A stretch of DNA of 64,000 nucleotides, taken from assembly GCA_963789265.1 (NCBI GenBank), contig CAWBKB010000008.1, forward strand, positions 32,001 through 96,000, read 5' to 3'. The notes under the pieces are model-generated. The model worked only from the letters and a program-made list of their open reading frames with translations, did not search any database and was not told where the DNA came from. Of this stretch, positions 1-9,168 are shown in pieces. The translations under genes and the position numbers were made by a program. Within the stretch, counting starts at the first letter, position 1. The number at the start of each line of letters is the position of its first letter. Source of the stretch: an uncultured delta proteobacterium. GTDB taxonomy: Bacteria; Desulfobacterota; Desulfomonilia; Desulfomonilales; Desulfomonilaceae.

Positions 1-32
1 GCCAGTCGTTTATAAACGTCTTGGTATTGCAT
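1..32 (-). CDS. Possible 5' end of a gene running off the left edge (MQYQDVYKRL...)
   Basis: ATG at 32 on the minus strand with GGAGA upstream; open to the edge; only 10 codons visible. Confidence 0.35.
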   Translation of the reverse strand, partial: MQYQDVYKRL

Positions 33-457
33 GAGAGTTCTCCAGGGAATGTCGATTGTTCGTTGGGAAACGGGTGAGGAATAATCGTGTTCGGAGAAGT
101 GCTAACCCACGGTCTGCGCCAATTGCCGGGTGCTCTCGACCGTGTGGCCGCCTCTTTGAGCCTGATCGTGAGAGCTGGGTGCGCAGACGGGCCGCTGCGG
201 TCCTGCCAATGTTTTAAAGATATCACACGGACGGGCAAAGAAGAAGATCTCCGGGCTCACGGTGTAGCTTGAGATACAGTGAATGGGATCTAAGCCTGCT
301 TTTAAGCTAAAAATTGATCGGAACTATTCACTTGCCGAATAATACGATTGCCATTGCGAGGGCGTCAGCCCGTGGCAATCTCCCAACCTGCGAGAAAAAA
401 TTGCTTCGTCGTTTCATCCCTAAGATAGTAGTGAAAGAGCCGCCTATCGAATTCGAT

Positions 458-718
458 CTAATCCAACTCTTTAATAGCCTCCTCGGCCTCGACAAACGCC
501 CGGGTTACCTGGGTATCGGACAGAGATGTTCGTTCATAGAGCTGCATGTGGGTTATCAGATCCGAATCCAACAACTTTCTCAGGACCATTTCAAGTTGTT
601 TTCGTGATAGATTGTACTTCTCCATCAAAAGGGAGTCTCCCAGACCTCTTCTGACATCACGTACCACAGCTTTTGCCTTCAGTTTCCGCATTCGATTCCA
701 AACCTTATCTGATTTCAC
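458..718 (-). CDS. Small hypothetical protein, helical/HTH-like (start may be 691)
   Basis: 86 aa ORF with a VRDVRRG..DSLLMEKYNLS..QL..VLRKLLD pattern that I recall as recurrent in Desulfomonile-type proteins. Confidence 0.6.
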   Translation of the reverse strand: MKSDKVWNRMRKLKAKAVVRDVRRGLGDSLLMEKYNLSRKQLEMVLRKLLDSDLITHMQLYERTSLSDTQVTRAFVEAEEAIKELD

Positions 719-850
719 AGGATTTCACAGGCTTTACACGTTCTCACCGACCGCGTCCTGTTTGCCCCCTCTTCATCTCCTCCATCTATTCTGATATTTT
801 CTTCTTGCAGGTCAACTATTCTGAAGTGGAATATGCGGGAGGAATGAAAT

Positions 851-1993
851 ATGCGTGCATTGGTGCTGGGTGGAGCCGGTGGTATGGGGCAGGGCGTTGC
901 CCGAGACCTTATAAAACAACAGCGGGTCACAAATGTAGTCCTGGGTGATCTATACCCGGACCCGGAAAGATTGGCGCCAAAATTACGCGACAATGAAAAA
1001 GTAAACTTGATCGAGATGAACGTAAATAACCATGACGGCATGGTAAATGCTTTCAAGGACGTTGATCTTGTGATTAACTGTGCCGGTCCGTTTTATAAGA
1101 CTGCCGTCCCTGTGGCAAGAGCGGCTGTCAAGGCAAAGGTAAACTATATTGATATCTGTGATGACTATGAGGGAACCGAGATTCTTTTTAGCTCCGAGAT
1201 AGACAATATGGCCAGAGAAGCCGGGATAACGGTTCTTACCGGCATGGGCTCCGATCCCGGCACTAACAATGTTCTGGTCAAATGGTATGCAGACCGTCTG
1301 GACAGTGTTCACGACATTTACCTCTATTGGGTCGTCAGCATCGCGGAACTTGCCGGAGCCGCATGGGACCACAGTCTTCACATGACGCTCGGGAAGATCC
1401 CGCAATATCTGAATGGAGAACTGGTCCTGGTGGAAGGCGGAACCGAAGTGGTGGCGGAAGAGTTTCTGGAACCGCTCGGCACCTGCCATGTCCGCTACGT
1501 GGGCCATCCGCAGCCTTTGACTATCCCCAAGTATATCAAGGGAGTCAAGAACGTGATAATCAAAGGTGCGCTCATACCGCTATGGGTAGACGAACTGATA
1601 AAAGAACAAAAACATACGGGCTTTCTGGGCCGAGACCCCATTGATATAAACGGAACCAAAGTAATACCTTATGACCTTGCGCTTAAGCTTTGGGAGACGA
1701 TTCCGGAAGGAAGAGATAAAGGTCCCCAGGCTTCGGGTCTCAAAGTCATTGTCAAAGGGGAAAGAGCCGGAACCAAGGTGACTTACACGGCCGATATGGT
1801 CGGGAGGATGGCCCCAGGGACAGGACTTCCCGCATCCATCGCAGCGCTCATGATGGATGCAGGGGATGTGACCGAAAAAGGTGTGGTTGCCCCCGAAGGC
1901 TGCATTGATCCGGGCAAATTCCTTGCAGCATTCTTGAAGAGAGGTGCGAGAATCCATCAGACTGAAAAGATTTCGTCCATGCTTGAGGTTTGA
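851..1993 (+). CDS. Saccharopine dehydrogenase / lysine 6-dehydrogenase family oxidoreductase
   Basis: Rossmann motif VLGGAGGMG, VINCAGPF, YIDICDD, GMGSDPG and C-terminal GVVAPE; RBS GGAGGA. Confidence 0.9.
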   Translation: MRALVLGGAGGMGQGVARDLIKQQRVTNVVLGDLYPDPERLAPKLRDNEKVNLIEMNVNNHDGMVNAFKDVDLVINCAGPFYKTAVPVARAAVKAKVNYIDICDDYEGTEILFSSEIDNMAREAGITVLTGMGSDPGTNNVLVKWYADRLDSVHDIYLYWVVSIAELAGAAWDHSLHMTLGKIPQYLNGELVLVEGGTEVVAEEFLEPLGTCHVRYVGHPQPLTIPKYIKGVKNVIIKGALIPLWVDELIKEQKHTGFLGRDPIDINGTKVIPYDLALKLWETIPEGRDKGPQASGLKVIVKGERAGTKVTYTADMVGRMAPGTGLPASIAALMMDAGDVTEKGVVAPEGCIDPGKFLAAFLKRGARIHQTEKISSMLEV

Positions 1994-2248
1994 CGCAATA
2001 ATTCACCACGGAGACCGCAGAGAATTTTGTTTGTTGTGCGCCGGCTTTGTAAGATGTGGTGCCCCTGCGAGACGCTGGCGAACTGCATCGGTCGCGAGAA
2101 AACGGAAGGATCAAGAGGTTATAGATGCGGTGAACCCCGTATGGCGGTGTTCCTACGCAAGTTGTAGGGGGGGGCAAACTCGCCCCTACCATATCTCTTA
2201 ACAAGCTACCATCTTGGTAATTGTCATAGCACATCAGAGGAGACCTCC

Positions 2249-3499
2249 ATGAAAGAGATACCAAAACTGAACATCACCAAGAGCCGGGAACTGTTTGAAC
2301 AGGCAGTCGGCCTGATACCGGGAGGCGTTCTGGGTGCCAGAAAGCCGACCGATTTTATCGACGGAGAGTATCCAATCTTTCTTGAAAGCGGCAAAGGCTG
2401 TCGCCTGGTCGATGTTGACGGGAATAAATTTATTGATTTTATGTGCGGTTACGGCCCCATCGTCCTGGGCTACCGTGAAGAAGAAGTGGATGAAGCGGTC
2501 TACAAACAGATAAAGGAAAAAGGATTCTGTTTCACTCTGACACAGAAATACCAGAATCAGTTGGCTAAAAAGCTGACAGAACTTGTGCCGTGTTCAGAGA
2601 TGAGCATCTTTCTGAAAACCGGCTCTGGTGCAACTACTGCAAGCATTAGGATTGCAAGAGCCTATACGAATAAGCTCAAGGTGATGCGCTGCGGCTATCA
2701 TGGCTGGCATGACTGGTGTGTTGAAATGAAAGGCGGCATTCCACCTAAATTCTATGAAGATGTCTTTGAATTTCAATATAATAACCTTAACCAATTGCAA
2801 GCCCTGATGACCGCCCACGGCAAGGATACCGCGGCCATTATCATGACGCCGTTCGGCCATCCCAATCATCAGAAGATGCAGGTGCCCGCGCCGGGGTTTC
2901 TCGAAGGAGTGAGGGAAATTGCCGACACATACGGCGCTGTGTTGATCTATGACGAAATCCGTACTTGCTTCAGGCTTTCCATGGGCGGCGCCCAGAAACT
3001 CTACGGCGTGACCCCGGACCTGAGTGTTCTTGGAAAAGCAATGGCCAACGGCTATCCCATCTCTGTTGTGACCGGGAAAAAGGACGTCATGATGGCGGCC
3101 GCGGACAAGCTTTTCATTTCCTCGACGTTCTTCGGAAACAGCGAAGGCTTTATTGCCGCGCTCAAGACTATAGAAATCCTTGAGCGTGACAACGTGCTCG
3201 ATAATATATGGGAAAAAGGAGAACGATTTCTTAAAAAGATCCAGGCATTAATTGACAAACATGATGTGGGAGCCGAACTGACCGGCGTGGCCCCGATGTT
3301 CTACATCACCTTCAAAGGGGATGAAACAGGCGCGCACAAACGCAAACGCAAGGATTTCTATACACAGCTCATTCGGAGAGGATTCTTTTTCTCACCTTAC
3401 CATCATGCCTATATAAGTTTTCGGCATACTGAAGAAGACTTGGAACTCACCTTGAATGCAATTGATGAATGCCTGGCCTTTATAAAGGAAAAATATTGA
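2249..3499 (+). CDS. Class III PLP aminotransferase, 3-aminobutyryl-CoA aminotransferase (Kat)-like
   Basis: DVDGN.FIDF, YHGWHDW, IYDEIRT.FR, PLP lysine in LGKAMANGYP; GFCFTLTQ and PYHHAYI segments recall Kat rather than HemL. Confidence 0.85.
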   Translation: MKEIPKLNITKSRELFEQAVGLIPGGVLGARKPTDFIDGEYPIFLESGKGCRLVDVDGNKFIDFMCGYGPIVLGYREEEVDEAVYKQIKEKGFCFTLTQKYQNQLAKKLTELVPCSEMSIFLKTGSGATTASIRIARAYTNKLKVMRCGYHGWHDWCVEMKGGIPPKFYEDVFEFQYNNLNQLQALMTAHGKDTAAIIMTPFGHPNHQKMQVPAPGFLEGVREIADTYGAVLIYDEIRTCFRLSMGGAQKLYGVTPDLSVLGKAMANGYPISVVTGKKDVMMAAADKLFISSTFFGNSEGFIAALKTIEILERDNVLDNIWEKGERFLKKIQALIDKHDVGAELTGVAPMFYITFKGDETGAHKRKRKDFYTQLIRRGFFFSPYHHAYISFRHTEEDLELTLNAIDECLAFIKEKY

Positions 3500-3517
3500 T
3501 AACGGGGTAATTTCATT

Positions 3518-3706
3518 AGTAGGACCGGCATCTTGCCGGTCGCTATTATCCCCGTATTCCCTTTTCGGCCTGTAGGGGCGAATGGCATTCGCCCGGGGCG
3601 ACCGCCGGTCGCCCCTACAGTATTGTAGGATGTGGCGAGCGCAGCGAACCGTATCAGTCGCGAAAAAACCGAACGACCGAGACGCGGGAGATGCGGTTCA
3701 TCCTAC
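3518..3706. repeat. Cluster of REP-like GTAG-flanked hairpins
   Basis: gtaggaccggcatcttgccggtc, gtaggggcgaatggcattcgccc, gggcgaccgccggtcgcccctac; related copies recur across the window. Confidence 0.75.
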
Positions 3707-3910
3707 GCAAACTATTCGGTAGGGCCGGCGTTCGGAAGAGGCTAGACTCGGAAGCACAATCTGTCACGACTCCGTGCGGGAACGCTTATACTTTCCCGAT
3801 TTTTGTCTTGCGGAAAGTCTTCAAACGTAATAACTTTAGCAAAGAACGTTACAATTACCGGCCGACACGCATCACACAACCAACGAGATTCGTATTTGTA
3901 GGGAAACGCC

Positions 3911-6890
3911 ATGGCAAAAAGAAAAGGCGTGGGGGACCAACGGGCTCAGATGGACAAGTCGTCGGATAGGTCGGCCAAAATCAAACCTGCAAACCATAAG
4001 GTCCTTGCGCAATCGCAGGCCCATCAAGGGGATGGCGAAACACTTCGGGTGGTCGGCATCGGCGCGTCGGCAGGCGGCTTGGAAGCGTTCGAGCAGTTCT
4101 TCACCCATCTTCCACCCGATACCGGTCTGGCCTTTGTGCTCATCCAACACCTTGACCCCACTCATAAGAGCATCCTCACCGACCTTATCAAGAAATATAC
4201 GCAGATGGGGGTGACGGAAGTCAGAGATGGCATGCTGATTGAGGCCAATAACGTGTACGTCATCCCGCCCAACAAAGATATGGCCATCTTGAACGGCACG
4301 CTTTACCTCATGGAACCTTCTTCCCCACGCGGCCTGCGTCAGCCCATAGACTTTTTCTTTCGTTCCCTGGCCGATGACCTCAAAGAGCGGGCGATCGCAA
4401 TCGTGCTCTCCGGCACGGGAAGCGAGGGAACCCTCGGCTTACGAGCTATCAAGGGTGAAGGCGGGATGGTCATGGTACAGGACCCTGAAACGGCTAAATA
4501 TGATGGGATGCCCAAAAACGCGATTGCCACGGGATTGGTGGACTATATCCTCGCGCCTAACCAAATGCCCGATCGCTTGCTCGCGTACGTGACGCACGCT
4601 CCCGCATACAAACTTCCGGAGAGCGTTGAGAAACCAGCAGAAGAGGGCAATATTGTTCAGAAGATTTTGATCGCGGTTCGGTCGAGGACCCATCACGATT
4701 TCACGCACTATAAGAAAAGCACCATTATTCGGCGCATCGAAAGACGTATGGCCGTGCACCAGCTTGCAAGGAAGCAGGATTACTTGCGCTTTCTTCAAGA
4801 CGATCCCTTGGAGGTCAAGACTCTTTTCAAAGAACTCCTCATCGGTGTGACCAATTTCTTTCGAGAGCCTGATGCCTTCGAGGCATTGCAGAAAAAGGTC
4901 CTCCCTAAAATACTGAACGGGGACAGAAACGTCCGAATATGGGTCCCCGCGTGCTCCACAGGCGAGGAAGCCTATTCAATCGCAATGCTTGCTCAGGAAT
5001 ACGCTACAGAAGCAAAGATCGACACTCGCTTCCAGATATTCGGCACGGACATAGACGAAGAAGGTATAGAGAAAGCTCGCGTCGGTGTGTACCCGCTGAG
5101 CATCGCTGCCGATGTCAGCCCGCAACGCCTCGAAAAGTTCTTTGCCAAAGAAGAGAACCGATTCCGCGTGAAGAAAGAGCTTCGGGAACTGATCGTATTC
5201 GCGGTCCAGAAACGTTATTTCAGATCCGCCCTTTTCAAAACTGGACCTCATAAGCTGCCGAAATTTGCTTATTTACATGAATACCGATTTGCAGAAAAGG
5301 TTGATTCACCTCTTTCATTATGCTCTGAATCCCGGCGGCTTCCTTTTCCTTGGCACTTCCGAGTCGGTTGGATCTTATTCTGATATGTACGCTACGACAG
5401 ATCGAAAATGGAAGCTGTATCGGCGCAGGGAAACGAGCATTCTAGCGACACATCCCGATCTGGAGTTTCAGGTGGCCCCGGAATTGCACGGGACCAAAGC
5501 CGAATTGAAAATGACCAAATACAGCTTCCGTGAGATTGCGGAAAAAGCTTTGCTGGACAACTACCGTGCCGCCGGTGTGGTTATAGACGAAAAACATGAG
5601 GTCATATATTTTTACGGTTACACTGGGAAATATCTCTCGCCGCCCTCGGGGGAAGCAAGTTTCAACCTTCTGAGGATGGCTCGGGAAGACCTAAAATTCG
5701 AATTGGCCAATTCCGTGCGCAGGGCCCAGGCCGAAAACAAAACAGTGATGCGTCCTGCTTTGCGCTTGAAAACTAATGGGGGCTATACGTCAGTAAATCT
5801 CACCGTCAGTCCCGTGCCGGCGCCTTCCAACAGGCATCTGCTCCTTGTGCTGTTCGAAGAGCCCGCCTATCCGAGAGGTGGAAGACAACCAGAAGTATTG
5901 ATCGAGCCTCAGGATGAAACGGGGGTCCAGGCAAGAGTCCGTGAATTGGAGCAGGAACTGGCGTCCACGAAGGAATATCTGCAGACTACCATTGAAGAAT
6001 TGGAGACTTCCAACGAAGAATTGAAATCAACCAATGAGGAATTGCAATCATCCAATGAGGAGCTGCAGAGCACAAACGAGGAATTGGAGACCGCCAAAGA
6101 AGAGCAGCAATCCGTTAATGAAGAGTTGGTGACGGTAAATTCCGAATTGCAGCAAAAGATAGAGGAGTTGTCCAGAGTAAATGACGATATGAACAACTTG
6201 CTCGCCAGCACCCAGGTTGGAACCATATTCTTGGATACCGACATGAATATCCTGCGTTTCACACCCACGGTCACGGAAATTGTCAACCTGATTCAAGGTG
6301 ATGTGGGACGGCCGCTGTCCCACATTGTTTCGAACCTCAATTACGATCGGCTTGTTGAGGACACGCAGGAAGTTCTGGAGGACTTGATTCCGCGCACCGT
6401 GGAAGTCCGGACGAAAGACGGGCGCTGGTTCTTGATGCGAATACAGCCGTACCGGACCATGGAAAATATTATTGATGGGGTGGTTCTGACATTCGTGGAC
6501 ATAAGCTTGCAGAAACGGCAATTAGCCGAATACGCACTCAGTGAAAATATAATTAACACGACTCATGAGGCCTTTCTGCTCTTGGACGCCAACTTGAACG
6601 TCGTCATGGCGAATTCCGCCTTCTTCAAGAAATTTGCGGTGGTCAAGGAGGAAACCGTAGGAAGACGGTTCTACGATCTGGGTAATCGACAGTGGGATAT
6701 CCCGGAATTGCGAACGCTTCTCGAGCAAGTCATTCCGGAACAAAAAGAAGTTCAGGGATTCGAAGTGGACCATACATTTGAAACCATAGGCAGGCGCAAG
6801 ATGATTCTAAACGCGAAGTTGCTCGCGGATGATGGTGCCAATCCGGGACTTATACTTTTGGCTATCGGGGATCTGAGCGAACGACGCTGA
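3911..6890 (+). CDS. cheBR: CheB methylesterase - CheR methyltransferase - PAS fusion (one frameshift near 5210, probably a sequencing error)
   Basis: GIGASAGG and IQHLDP (CheB); IGVTNFFR, RIWVPACSTGEE, GTDID (CheR); removing one A near 5210 restores VQNVISDPPFSKLDLISCRN; EEL.S.NEEL coiled coil; PAS domains. Confidence 0.9.
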
Positions 6891-7049
6891 TGGCTGGACA
6901 GGGGATATCAAAGTCCCCCTTTTGTAAAGGGGGATTTAAGGGGATTTTCAATTAGTTATCCCAAAATCCCTCTGCCGCCATAGGCGTTAAAATGGGGTCC
7001 AAGTCCTCTTCGTCCCGGAGGGACATCGTGATAATAGCCCGGCGATTTA

Positions 7050-8725
7050 GAAACTGTCTCAAAAGTCGATTTTGGGCTCGCGATTCTCAACCGATTCTAC
7101 TAATGAGATGTGAAAAGAGAATCGGAGAGGGAAAGGATTATGCCGCAAATCAGAGCCGACTACAAGCAGGTGTTTCTGCTTCCGCCCGCTATAGATGACT
7201 GGATAGGGCCTGATCATCCAGCGCGCTTCATAGGAGACTTTGTGGATTCCTTGGATTTGGAGGTGCTGGGTTTTCGAGTTCCGAATGGCGAAACGGGCCG
7301 TCCTCCCTATAGTACCGATCTTTTGTTGAAGGCATGGCTCTACGGCTATTTCAGCAGAATCAGGTCATCGCGCAAGCTTGAGAAGGCATGCATGGAGAAC
7401 ATGGGATTGATTTGGCTGACGGGTATGAATGCAGCGGATCATAATACCCTGTGGCGATTCTGGAGGGACAACAAGAAGGTTTTCAAGGGAATATTCAAAC
7501 AATCGGTTCAAGTGGCAGTCAAAGCCGAGTTGATAGGTATGGCGGTTCATGCATTGGATGGAACCAAGATCCCTGTCGGATCATCTCGGGAGAAGTTCAA
7601 GAACCAAGATCAGTTGGAGCGGATGCTTGAGAATTTGGACAAGTGCGTTGCCGACGTCATGACGGAGACAGAGAGGTGCGAGCAAGAGGAGGGTGGCGAA
7701 TGGCGTCTTCCCGAAGCCCTGCAGGACGAGTTGAAACGCAAGGAGCGGATACAGAAGGCCTTGCAGGAATTGGATAAGACTGACAAGAAGGTCGTCCATC
7801 CCTGCGAGCCGGATGCCCGGTACATGAAGAACCGGCGGTCTACTGAGCCCTCTTACAATGCTCAAGCGGTGGCAGACCAACAAAGCGGCATGATTGTGGC
7901 TGAGGAAGTGGTCGACGAAGGCAATGACAATGGGCAGCTTGTTCCCATGCTGGATCGAGTTCAGGAAAATTTGGGCGCAACCGCAGAGGAAACCGTGGCG
8001 GACGCAGGATACTTCGCATCGGCTCAAATCGCGTTGGCCGAAGAGAAGGAGTACGAGGTCTTGGTCGCCAAGTCGTCGGGAGAGTCCGCTGCGGAAAAAG
8101 GCGCTCAATGGGACCCTTATCACGCTTCCCAGTTCGTCTACGACCAAGAGCGAGACGTCTGTATTTGTCCGCAAGGCGCATCGCTGAACTTTCTTCAGAA
8201 GAAAGTCACAGGAAAAAACGGAAACGAGATCCGGCGGTATCGATGCCGGGACTACTTGACGTGTCCTGAACGGTGGAAGTGCAGCAAGAGCAAGAATGGC
8301 CGTCTCATAGACATTAACATCTATCGTGACGCAGTTGAGCGCCACCGCAAGAAACGGGAGGTCCCGGAAAGCAAGACGCTACTCCGAGCCCGCAAGGTGA
8401 TCATTGAGCCGGTCTTTGCATGGATAAAGAGCCACTTGGACTTTAGACGGTGGACCGTGTCCGGATTATCCAATGCGAGGGCTCAATGGTCTTTGATGTG
8501 CGCCACCTTGAATCTCAAGAAGCTCTACAGCCATTGGCTGACGGGGCGTCTGGTGCTAACCGCGGCCTAAGACATCAGGACGGAGAGTGACTCATGGCTG
8601 CCTGAGGCATACTCATAGCCGGCCCCGGCTCGTCGGAGACAAGGGAGGCCAAGGTGCGAGATTAACCGCACCCTACCACCCCGAGAGTCGTCATCGTGCC
8701 ACTACAACCGTTTTGAGACACTCTC
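7050..8725 (+). mobile_element. IS1182-family insertion sequence
   Basis: 15-bp IRs gaaactgtctcaaaa (7050-7064) and ttttgagacactctc (8711-8725), 2 mismatches; TTTA duplicated at 7046-7049 and 8726-8729; intact transposase. Confidence 0.92.
7140..8570 (+). CDS. IS1182-family DDE transposase
   Basis: DHPARFI..FVD, GRPPY, LYGY...IRSSRKLE, ALDGTKI, YNAQ, ADAGY, CPQG, IEPVFAWIK. Confidence 0.95.
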   Translation: MPQIRADYKQVFLLPPAIDDWIGPDHPARFIGDFVDSLDLEVLGFRVPNGETGRPPYSTDLLLKAWLYGYFSRIRSSRKLEKACMENMGLIWLTGMNAADHNTLWRFWRDNKKVFKGIFKQSVQVAVKAELIGMAVHALDGTKIPVGSSREKFKNQDQLERMLENLDKCVADVMTETERCEQEEGGEWRLPEALQDELKRKERIQKALQELDKTDKKVVHPCEPDARYMKNRRSTEPSYNAQAVADQQSGMIVAEEVVDEGNDNGQLVPMLDRVQENLGATAEETVADAGYFASAQIALAEEKEYEVLVAKSSGESAAEKGAQWDPYHASQFVYDQERDVCICPQGASLNFLQKKVTGKNGNEIRRYRCRDYLTCPERWKCSKSKNGRLIDINIYRDAVERHRKKREVPESKTLLRARKVIIEPVFAWIKSHLDFRRWTVSGLSNARAQWSLMCATLNLKKLYSHWLTGRLVLTAA

Positions 8726-8757
8726 TTTATCGCCGGGAATGAACGGCCAGGAGATCC

Positions 8758-8819
8758 TTCTTCGTCCCCGAAGGGCGCTCGAAGGATGAATCCTTCGAGC
8801 GCCCTTCGGGGACGAAGAA
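8758..8819. repeat. Perfect 30-bp inverted repeat with 2-nt spacer
   Basis: ttcttcgtccccgaagggcgctcgaaggat-ga-atccttcgagcgcccttcggggacgaagaa. Confidence 0.9.
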
Positions 8820-8937
8820 CTGAATCATTGCTCATGGGTCACCCGGCAATGAATTGCCGGGCTATTATCTCGCCGCCCCTCTGGGGCTCATAAGGTTGCA
8901 CGGGTTGCCCTATTTTAACGCATATGCGGGAATCAAT

Positions 8938-9078
8938 GTAGGGGCGCGGACCCGTGTGTCCGCCCGGGGCATCCACGAGGGATGCCCCTACGATGGTCGT
9001 CATCCTTTAATGCGGGAATTGTAGGTATGTAGGGGCACCCCTTGTGGGTGCCCTGGGCGAATGCCATTCGCCCCTACC
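8938..9078. repeat. Two REP-like doublets (gtagggg...cccctac)
   Basis: gtaggggcgcggacccgtgtgtccgccc / gggcatccacgagggatgcccctac and gtaggggcaccccttgtgggtgccc / gggcgaatgccattcgcccctac. Confidence 0.75.
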
Positions 9079-9168
9079 GTGGATTTCCGCGCACGCGGGA
9101 ATTAGGAGGGCGGGCCTCCCGCGGGACGCTCGCGCTTAGGGCTGAAGAACCTCTGGGAGACAAAATCT

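Larger units (their letters stand above)
6979..8926. repeat. Composite MITE/REPIN-like element hosting IS1182
   Basis: Outer imperfect IRs cataggcgttaaaatggg (6979) and ccctattttaacgcatatg (8908-8926); inner inverted REP pair gataatagcccggcga... and cccggcaatgaattgccgggctattatc. Confidence 0.65.

Noticed and set aside
2249..3499. hemL (glutamate-1-semialdehyde aminomutase)
   Set aside because: It lacks the PGGVNSPVR and YQAGT.SGNP signatures and has no tetrapyrrole context.
5200..5225. Programmed ribosomal frameshifting in cheBR or the other split genes
   Set aside because: No slippery heptamers; single-base breaks across unrelated genes fit sequencing error better.
5990..6150. Tandem DNA repeat (aatgaggaattg-like units)
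   Set aside because: It encodes the normal EELxSxNEEL coiled coil of CheB-CheR fusions.
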